DNA of 64,000 nucleotides, from assembly GCA_024137785.1 (NCBI GenBank), contig JAHRHZ010000139.1:38843447-38907446 (forward strand), given 5' to 3'. Position 1 is the first letter of the stretch. Each line of letters begins with the position of its first letter. This DNA comes from Ginglymostoma cirratum (Eukaryota). A program made the translations under genes and the position numbers. Below, in pieces: positions 54,971-64,000 of the stretch. The notes beneath the pieces are model-generated. The model worked only from the letters and a program-made list of their open reading frames with translations, was not told where the DNA came from and did not search any database.

Positions 54971-56782
54971 ACAAGGCGTGGGGCTGGATGAACACAGCAG
55001 GCCAAGCAGCATCATAGGAGCAGGAAAACTTGACGTTTCGGGCCAAGACCCTTCATCAGAAATGGGGGAGGGGAAAAGGGTTCTGAAATAAATAGGGAGA
55101 GAGGGGGAGGCAGATGGTGGAGAGGAGGCAGACAAGTCGAAGAGATGGGGATGGAGCCAGTAAAGGTGGGTGTAGGTGGTGGGGTAGGGAGGAGATAGGT
55201 CAGTCCAGGGAGGACGGACAGGTCAAGGGGGCGGGATGAGGTTAGTAGATAGGAGATGGGGGTGGGGCTTGAGGTGGGAGGAGGGGATGGGTGAGAGGAA
55301 AAACAGGTTAGGGAGGTGGAGATGAGCTGGGCTGGTTTTGGGATGCGGTTGGGGGAGGGGAGATTTTGAAGCCTGTGAAATCCACATTGATGCCATTGGG
55401 CTGCAGGGTTCCCAGGCTGAATATGATTTGCTGTTCCTGCAGCCTTCGGGTGGCATCACTGTGGCATTGCAGGAGGCCCAGAATGGACATGTCGTCTGAG
55501 GAATGGGAGGGGGAGTTGAAATGGTTCGCGACTGGGAGGTGCAGTTGTTTGTTGCGAAGGTGTTCTGCAAAGCGGTCCCCAACGCTCCACTTGGTTTCCC
55601 CGATGTAGAGGAAGCCACAACGGGTACAGCGGATGCAGTATACCACATTGGCAGATGTGCAGGTGAACATCTGCCTGATGTGGAAAGTCTTCTTGGGGCC
55701 TGGGATTGGGGTGAGGGAGGAAGTGTGGGGGCAGGTGTAGCACTTCCTGCGGTCACAAGGAAAAGTGCCGGTGTGGTGGGGCTGGAGGGGAGTGTGGAGC
55801 GGACAAGGGAGTCGCGGAGGGAGTGGTCCCTCTGGAAGGCAGATAAAGGTGGGGAGGGAAAAATGTCTTTGGTGGTGGGGTCTGATTGCAGATGGCGGAA
55901 GTGTCGGAGGATGATGCATTGGATCCGGAGGTTGGTGGGGTGGTACGTGAGGATGAGGGGGATTCTTTTTTGGTTATTATTGCGGGGACGGGGTGTGAGG
56001 GATGTGTTCCGGGAAATGCGGGAGACATGGTCGAGGGTGTTCTCGACCACTGTGGGGGGGATGTTGCGGTCCTTGAAGAATGAGGACATTTGGGATGTAC
56101 GGGAGTGGAATGTCTCATCCTGGGAGCAGATGCGGCGGAGGCGAAGGAATTGGGAATAGGGGATGGCATTTTTGCAGGAAGGTGGGTGGGAGGAGGTGTA
56201 TTCCAGGTAGCTGTGGGAGTCAGTGGGCTTGAAATGGACATCGGTTTCTAGGTGGTTACCCGAGATGGAGACAGAGAGGTCCAGGAAGGAGAGAGAAGTG
56301 TCGGAGATGGTCCAGGTGAACTTCAGGTTGGGGTGGAAGGTGTTGGTGAAGTGGATGAACTGTTCGACCTCCTCGTGGGAGCACGAGGCGGCGCCGATGC
56401 AGTCATCAATGTAACGGAGGAAGAGGTGGGGTTTAGGGCCAGTGTAGTACGGAAGAGGGATTGTTCCACGTAACCTACAAAGAGGCAGGCATAGCTTGGG
56501 CCCATGTGGGTACCCATGGCCACCCCCTTTGTAGGAAGTGGGAGGAATTGAAAGAGAAGTTGTTGAGGGTGAGGACGAGTTCGGCTAAGCGGATGAGGGT
56601 GTCGGTGGAGGGGGCTTGGTCAGTTCTGCGGGACAGGAAGAAGCGGAGGGCCTTTAGGCCATCTGCATGGGGAATACAGGTGTCTAGGGACTGGACGTCC
56701 ATAGTAAAAATGAGGTGTTGGGGACCGGGGAATTGGAAGTTCTGGAGGAGGTGGAGGGCGTGGGTGGTGTCACGGATGTCAT
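54971..56782 (-). mobile_element. Penelope-like retroelement (RT + GIY-YIG endonuclease + pLTR), 5'-truncated and frameshifted, with 14-bp TSD
   Basis: RT motifs TMDVQSL, AMGTHMGPSYACLF and LRYIDD. GIY-YIG motif NVVYCIRC..C..LYIGET..R..EH..GIN. TSD aggagtctgatgta at 54957-54970 and 56783-56796. Confidence 0.9.
55028..55063 (-). ncRNA. Minimal type-I hammerhead ribozyme motif in a Penelope pLTR, intact core
   Basis: Minus strand reads attt CTGATGA a GGGT cttg GCCC GAAAC GTC aagt: full core, 4-bp stem II, palindromic ACGT stem III, GUC cleavage triplet and attt/aagt stem I. Confidence 0.8.
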
Positions 56783-57691
56783 AGGAGTCTGATGTAGGTG
56801 TCTTTGTTATCCAGATGTTCCAAGGATGAGGGCAGGGCTGGGGATATGGCATCCTCTGTGGACCTGTTATGTCGGTAGGCGTAATGTAGGGGATCGAGGT
56901 AGGCTGGAGACTGGAGTTGATGTGGGCTATGATCAGCCTTTCGAAGCACTTCATGATTATTGAAGTCAGAGCTATTGGACGGTAGTCATTAGGGTACACT
57001 GCATGTGTTTTCTTGGGTATGGGGATGATGGTGGTCTTGAAGCAGACGGGCACTTCAGCTTGTAGGAGGGAGAGATTGAAGTTGTCATTGATAATCTCCA
57101 CCAGTTGGCCCGCACAGGATCTGAGTGCTCAGCCGAGGACACCATTTGAGCCCATCACTTTCCTTGGGTTGACTCCCAGGAAGACAGATCCGACGTCTGA
57201 AGCACTGATAGAGGGAACAGGTGTGTCTGGGGCTGTCGGGGAAGGTGTCACTACGCCGGTGGTATTCTGCTCAAACCAAGCATAGAAAGTATTGAGCATG
57301 TCAGCGAGGGATGTGTCTTTATCTTCTATCTTACATTTTCATTTTATATCCTGTAATGTCAACTAGGTCTTGCCATAGATGGATGTGGGTATCTATCAAA
57401 GAAAAATAATGCACAGATCAACATTCAGTTCCACCTCTTTGCAGAATAGCAACAGCATCTTAAAATAACCATCCAATGTACTGCATTTCCCAAACTGGAA
57501 GCATTATGTAATCATGCATCATATCAGGGAGTTACGTTACAATGATATTAGCCCATTAATTTTTTTTATGACACATGCCTTAAACATGTCAGTTGAATGT
57601 TACAGCTTAAATGTATAATTGATTGCTCAATTAGTATGCAGATTTAGAAACAAAATAGCTGTATGGTTGTTTCAGTGCCTTGGCACTAAGG

Positions 57692-58093
57692 TTGCAGACT
57701 TGCTCGCCGAGCCCGTGTGTTTGATTGCAGACATTTCATCACCCTGCTTGGTAACATTGTCAGTGCGCCTCTGGTGAAGCATTGGTGTTCCACGTTGCTT
57801 GTTATTTATATGCCTCGGTTGATATTACTTCCGGTTTTGTTCGTCAGTGGTTTGTATATTGGGTCAAGTTCAATACAAACCACTGAAGAACGAAACCAGA
57901 AATAATACCGACCACCCCAGCAAACTAAGGCACATAAATAACAAGCAGGACGGAACACCAATGCTTCACTGGACATGCACTGACGATGTTACCTAGCAGG
58001 GTGATGAAATGTCTGCGTTCAAACCCACTGGCTCCGTGAGCAAGTCTGCAATATCATCCACAACCCGAGCTAGAAATCTTCTCAAAAACTTTA
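57692..58093. mobile_element. Long inverted-repeat element (third Penelope-like pLTR family), hammerhead motif in each arm
   Basis: 57692-57861 pairs with 57871-58051. The right arm has tgca CTGACGA t GTTACC tagcag GGTGAT GAAA TGTC tgcg at 57976-58017. A related terminus lies in reverse at ~52205-52300. Confidence 0.75.
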
Positions 58094-58495
58094 AATACAT
58101 TGTATTGTAAGGACTGTTAGAAATGCAGAACAAATTTATCAAGTGATTATGTGCATAGTGGAACCTATGTGCACATACTCCATGCCTTGTCAAACAGACT
58201 GACAGATTGGACTGAAATCCCACCGCTAGCCTGTGTGCTAATTTTACCAACATAGTCTAGCATTGAAGCTATTGTTGCAGTTTCTGTTCTGGGCTGTGTT
58301 GGGGGAAGGGGAATTGATGCCTATACCTGCAGCTGGTAGATAACTAATTAAGCCTTTTAATGGGCCTACTAAGGCCACTGTGTGCAATTTTCCAATTCTA
58401 CAACTCCTTCACCTGCCCCACACACCACAAAAGGATGAATCCCAGCAGATGAAGGAGGTCTCTTGATGAAATGAGGGAGGCAGTTGGAATACCTT

Positions 58496-58840
58496 CACAG
58501 AATCCCTACAGTGCAGAAAGAGGCCACTTGGCCCATCGAGTCTGCACCAATTGTCTGAAATACAACCAACCCAGATTCATCCTATCCTCGTAACACTGCA
58601 TGTCCCACGACTAATCCATCTAGCCTGCACACCACTGGACACTACGGAGCAATTAACCATGGCCGATTCACCTAACCTGCACATCTTTGGACTATGGGAG
58701 AACACTGAGCACCTGGACGAAACACATGCAGACATGTGGAGAACATCCAAACTCCACAGAGGGAGTCAGCTGAGACCGAATTGAACCTGGGATGCTGCTG
58801 CAGTGAGGCAGCAGTATTAAACACTGTGCCGCCCTGCCAC
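58496..58840 (-). mobile_element. HE1/V-SINE-like SINE
   Basis: Reverse complement homolog of 23096-23375. Confidence 0.8.
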
Positions 58841-59104
58841 ATGTTGTGCGACACTACCATCACAATGAATAGGATGGACTTCAAACAGATCTAGCCACTC
58901 AAAACTAAATATCCATGAGTAGAATGGAATCAGCAGTAGAATTAAATTCAATCTGTAACCTCATGGTCTAGCATGCCATCATATTTAAGAAACCTGCAAT
59001 CAATACTGATTCAAAGAAGGATGGAGGTGGGCACACCATGAGCAGTGTTAGACATACCTATGAAGTATGAACTTGGTGAAGCAACATTAAACTGATGTAC
59101 TTAC

Positions 59105-59325
59105 ATAAAAGCAAAATGCTGCAGATGCTGGAAATCTGAAACAAACAGACAATGCTGGAGAAACTCAGCAGGTCTGGCAGCACCCGTGGAGGTAGAAACA
59201 GTTAACGTTTTGTGTCTAGTATGACTTCTTCAGAATGTCTGAAGGAGAGCCATACCAGACTCAAAACTCTTTTGGTTTGTGACATGTTGCTGATGCAGAA
59301 TGGCTGCTGCATTTCTCTACCTTTT
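59105..59325. mobile_element. Degenerate palindromic Penelope-pLTR-derived element
   Basis: Left arm aaatgctgcagatgctgg...cagcaggtctggcagca...gttaacgtttt. Central inverted junction ttcaga-atg-tctgaa, with decayed CTGAAGA..AAAACGTT motifs facing outward. Confidence 0.6.
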
Positions 59326-59649
59326 ATAGTCACTTCATAGGCATAAGAACAGAGATAATATGAGGAAATTACAATAGCTGTGGTCTGGAATTCACTGAAA
59401 ACGTGACTGAAGCACATTCAAAAGCAGATGAGTATATAAAGGGAAAACACGCCCAGGGCCAGGGATAATAAGCAGTGGAGTAAATTGTTACTTAGATATG
59501 CCAGTACTGACACAATAGTCGAGTCGTCTCCTTCTGCGCTGTATCATTCCATGATTCTATTTTAAAATTAGTTATTTGCGTGAAACACTTCAAAATATTT
59601 CAATATGGAATAGAAGAACTGTTAACATACATATTTCTAATCAACATGC

Positions 59650-60105
59650 TCAGATTCCTCATTCTGTGCCTTCTGCATGTCAGCCAATCCTCTATCCGTA
59701 CCAATACTTTACCCCTAACACCATGGGTTCTTATCTTATTTCCTTAATAATGGACAATAAAATCTTACCGACAACTGAGGTTAGGCTAACCAGCCTACGA
59801 TTTCCCATCTTCAGTCTTCCTGTTTTAAACAAGGGTGTTATATCAACAATTTTCCAGTCCTCTATGACCCTCCCTGACTCCAGTAATTCCTGAAAGATCC
59901 ACCAATGCCTCCACAATCCCCTCAGCCATCTCCTTCAGATGCTGGGGTGTAGTCCATTGGTCCAGGTGATTTATCCACCTTCAGACTGTTCAGCTTAGCA
60001 AGGACCTTCTCCTTAGTGATGGCCACTTCACTTACCTCCGCTTCCTGACTCTCTTGCAATTCTGGTATGCTACTGATGTATTCCACTGTGGAGACTGATG
60101 GAAAT
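59650..60105 (-). mobile_element. CR1 RT internal fragment
   Basis: IFQELLESGRVIEDWKIVDITPLFK..RLVSLTSVVGKIL. Confidence 0.75.
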
Positions 60106-60589
60106 CAGAGTAGCAGTGCTGGCTCAAAGCACCAAGTGGCCAACTACAGCCTCCAATTCGTATGTTTCTAGTCCCAGGGATTGGTTTTGAAATGTCACAA
60201 ATACATTGCTTAGTAGAAGTGGTACAAGAGACACGAGGCAGGCCAATAATATCAGCTTACACCCATTAGTTACCTCTTTGATATAGTATATACATATACT
60301 CGACACATTGGGAGGATACAGCAGTTGAGTTATTTTAAATTTCACTAGCATGCCATGAGGTGGGAGCAAAAATGCAGAAAGATAAGGAATTTGACCACTG
60401 GCGATATCAAGCATTTTGTCCAAAGCAGTAAATATGACGTTGTAGAAGGGGGATCTAGACATCCATTTCCTTTTAAAGCACACCCTGTAGCTGTATTTGC
60501 AAGATGGCTACATCTGCAACCAAGGACTAACCCGGTGCAGGCGCTTTCTTCCCAGTTTGACAGTCTGGCAGCTGTGACCATTTTTATTT

Positions 60590-60708
60590 TTAGATATTTT
60601 CTAATCAACATGTTCAGAGATGTTATTACACACTTCTGGATGCAGGTGGGACTTGAACCTGGGCCTCCCAGTCCAGGGACAGGGGCATTACAACTGCACC
60701 ACAAGCCC
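60590..60708 (-). mobile_element. Short tRNA-head SINE fragment; related copies at 18270-18375 (-) and 30400-30480 (+)
   Basis: Minus strand reads tggtgcagttgtaatgcccct..ccaggttcaagtcccacctgc, an A/B-box-like pattern. Confidence 0.55.
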
Positions 60709-60924
60709 ATGATTTTTATTTTTACAGTTTTTATGTAGGTAAAGCATCATCAGTTTCACGTACCCATGTCACATCTCCAATCTTTGGCACTGCAGTATCG
60801 GTGCTGAACGGTCTCCTATTGGCCCTCCATCCTTGGATGTCTGCCCTCTAACCTTTGTTGCATGAGAGTGGCCATTTATTTAACCACCTTCTAAAATACT
60901 ATCCTCTACATCTTACTGTGGGCA

Positions 60925-62575
60925 TACAGAGTCATACAGCACAGAAACAGACCCTTCTGTCCAACTAGCCTATGCCAACCATAATCCCAAACTAAACTAC
61001 AGGGAGTTCCTGCTATAATATGATAGGTGCATTCCTGCGCAACATCATGTTATGGAAAATCACACTAGAAATAATGGGCCCTATGGGGAAAGCGGGGTTA
61101 GGGGCACAAAGGACACAGAACAATTATATTGTCCAAAATTCTTCCTCACCTGTGTAGCTTCATTCTTACAGCTGCAGTTATAATGACAGTTTATCAGATA
61201 AGTGATGCTGCAAAGAGGCAATACATTTACAAATCTGACCCTGTATTTGCAATGAAGTGACAGCTGGCTCTTAAATAGAGTTCTGCCACTGGAAATCTCA
61301 GCAATGTTCAGTACTGCATGATAGTGTGAAAATGAAGCAAAAGAGGTGAGCAGTACAAAATTGTGTGAGGTAGAGCTCACAGCCAGTAACCCTCCATGAA
61401 ACTCCCCTGAAATTAACACATTGGCAATTTTTAGTAAAATTCTCTCCTGCATTTAAATGCTAATCTGACCTGACATTCCATCGGCACAGACTTCTGAATA
61501 GATTTTCAGATAAGTGAAGCAGAGGAATCTGACCTCTCTTTCCAATGTAGCCCATTGGCATTGAAGTTAATTGTAGGATTAAAATACGTTGTCAATCTCA
61601 GTAACATTGTATTCAAAATAGTGCTGGAAAAGAGCAGGTTGTAACACTGACAACTTTTGGTATAATTTACATGACCAAGTTCAAAAATTCTTACATATGT
61701 TTGCTTTGATTTTGTTACATATTTAATACTACACACAGAGGTGCATGTTCTAACAGCACACATCATTTTAAACTACATTTTTTACTTATACCATCAATTT
61801 AGCATTGGAGTCCATTCTTGTGTTTAAATGAACTGTATTTTAAAATAATACTGATCCATTTAATGTGTTCAGCATAAACTCTTTAAGCTAAGACTTCACA
61901 TTTTTTCCTAATAAGATGGTTGTTTTCTGTGATATTATATTTGAGGTTTATGATGTACAATCCCTACTCCATGGAATCATGTTATAGCCATATCAAGTTC
62001 GCATTTTAGAAATAGCGTTCCCTTATTTGTCAATCATGTTATAGCCGATTCGCGTTGCTGGATTATGCATTATAGGAAAACGCCCTGTAGTCCCACCTGC
62101 CTGCTCTTAGCCCATATCCCTCCAAACCTTTCCTATTCATGTACTTATCCAAATGTCTTTTAAACATTGTAACAGGTCCTGCATCACCACTTCCTCTAGA
62201 AGTCCATTTCACACGCGAACCACCCTCTATGTAAAAAATTTGCTCTTTCATGTCTTTTTTAAAAATCTCTCTCCTATTACCTGAAAAATGTGCCCCTCAT
62301 GACTTTATATCCCCATCCTAGGGAAAAGACAACTACCATTAACTCTATCTATACCCCTTTATGACTTTATAAACTTCTATAAGGTTGCCTCTCAACCTCC
62401 TATGGTCCCATGAAAAAGGTCCCAGCCCATCCAGCCTTTCTTTATAACTGAAACTTTCCATACCTGGCAACATCCTGGTGAATCTGTTCTGAACACTCTC
62501 CAGCTTAATAATATCCTTCCTTCAGTTGGGCGACCAGAACTGGACACAGCACTCCAGAAGCTGCCTCACCAATGT
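60925..62575 (-). mobile_element. CR1 3' fragment split by a DNA transposon (host parts 60925-60999 and 62088-62575)
   Basis: actaaacTA joined to gtcccacctgcctg rebuilds the uninterrupted sequence seen at 40381-40403. Confidence 0.8.
61000..62087. mobile_element. Non-autonomous Tc1/mariner-superfamily (Tigger/pogo-like) DNA transposon, 1088 bp
   Basis: TA TSD at 60998-60999 and 62088-62089. Imperfect terminal inverted repeats cagggagttcctgctataa / ttataggaaaacgccctg. Repeated subterminal atcatgttat motifs. Confidence 0.75.
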
Positions 62576-62865
62576 GTGCTCCTGACCCAAACCTGGCAGA
62601 ATTGGGATCTGTAAATGAAAATCAGTCCTTTGAGTGCAGTAGTAACAGCTAATTATTTCATTGTGCCCTTTTCTTTCACTGCATTCTCAATAGTTGGTGC
62701 ACAAGCTCTATTAGTGAAGCTCTATTTGTAACTGAAGGAGATGATGAAGAAAAAAGAAACAAAACGCTGTAATAGTTTATTGGGGATAGCAACTAAATAA
62801 TGCCAATACTTTGCTTGAAGCATGGGTGTTATACCTTGCGTATAGCTGATCACCTCCTACATAAA

Positions 62866-63072
62866 GGTAAAGTTGCCATAGTCCTAGAGGACCATAGGGC
62901 TGCTGTCCCCTTAGAAAGGCGATTGGTAGTGATTTTAACCAGAGAGTCACCACACCTCAGGTCAGGGGAGAGGTTAAGAAGACAGGACCTTCATGGTAAC
63001 ATCAGCCAGTGTGAGAATTGAATCCACACTGTTGGCATCACTCTGCATCCAAACCAGCCATCCAGCCAACAG
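62866..63072 (-). mobile_element. SINE-like repeat, same family as 49935-50165
   Basis: Direct similarity between the two loci. Confidence 0.65.
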
Positions 63073-64000
63073 AGCTTTAAACTCCTGATCTTCAATGTGT
63101 AGTAATACTAACAGAGCACTGATAACATAGCATTACTATACTATAACTATACACACACACCAATTCATGGTGACACATGTACAAACTGCTTATCGTACCT
63201 TTCTTAAAAATTTATTAACAGGATATATGGACTGGTAGCAAATATTTGCAATACAAAGCTGTTCTTTTGTTTGCTTTTAAAACTATTAAATTTATGAGAG
63301 AGCACTTCTAGTCAGCTGGAACCCACATATATGTTACACTGTTGTCACACTGTTTGCTGAGGCCCTGCATTGTAGAGTGGAATTACTGTTCTATTGTTTC
63401 TGATGTCAGTATGAAGTTGAACATAAATAATTCAGTCCTTGTTTGATATACACCGGTTTGACATTACACTGTGGCAAAATAGTATTTAAACATTTTATTT
63501 TTAAGAGAACAGAATAGTTGAGAAATTTTGTCAATCACTGTAGCAACTGCAGGCTACCATCCTACAGTGCAATTTCAGGGCTGTAAATCTCATAGTAACA
63601 ATTATTCTTTATCATTGAACCAAGGGCAGAACAAACATATCACCATCTGTGATTATATATTCAAGAGTGGAACCAATGGGCACACATTCAATGCACTTGT
63701 CGAATACTGGGAGCTGAATTTGCAAATGACTAAGGAGATAGGCCAGTCTGCAGTTTCCCACGCTAGATGGTTGTTAATTTACCATTGAGGAACCAGATTC
63801 ATGATTTCATGTCTGCACCCCGAGATTCAATAAGATTGCAGGTCTCAAAGAGCATCCTTCCTCTATTTTTGTACACCCTCTGCAGGGCTCAGTCCTTATC
63901 TGACTGACTGAGCTGTGACTCCAGATCGACCATCTCCTTCTACAACTCCTTAAGTTTGGATTTCTGCTTCTTTGTCAACCTCTTTGCATACTGTTGACAC

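Larger units (their letters stand above)
53878..57390 (-). mobile_element. Rex1/Babar-like LINE, decayed, interrupted by the Penelope insertion
   Basis: RT fragments [30 protein letters not shown] and NLSLNVVKTKELIIDFR. C-terminal FLRRLRKFG..FHRCTVESVL..RFRNSFFP. 3' end in (ttga)n. Confidence 0.8.

Noticed and set aside
54689-57101. Long overlapping ORFs (148-288 aa) as host genes or novel fusion proteins
   Set aside because: They are Penelope/Rex fragments, antisense or shifted frames in GC-skewed sequence, and junction chimeras.

Overview
This is vertebrate genomic DNA, most likely from a cartilaginous fish (shark), judged from HE1/V-SINE-like SINEs and abundant CR1, Rex1/Babar and Penelope-like repeats. 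It holds one intact host gene, PPP1R3C (PTG, glycogen-targeting subunit of PP1). The gene has a CpG-rich TATA/GC/CCAAT/E-box promoter at ~30.86-30.95 kb, a 14-nt coding exon 1 (31074-31087), exon 2 (31827-32769) giving 318 aa, and a ~1.55 kb 3'UTR. The rest is mostly retroelement and transposon debris, including several nested insertions with clear target-site duplications (TSDs). The most notable non-coding signal is a set of minimal type-I hammerhead-ribozyme motifs (CUGANGA-stem II-GAAAC-GUH) carried by at least three families of Penelope-like pseudo-LTRs. They occur in coding copies, as a ~134-bp solo insert with its own TSD, and as fold-back palindromic mini-elements, one ~270 bp upstream of the PPP1R3C TATA box. 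There is a 136-nt assembly gap at 52452-52587. Repeat family names come from motif recognition by eye, not from database searches, and repeat boundaries are approximate unless a TSD is given.
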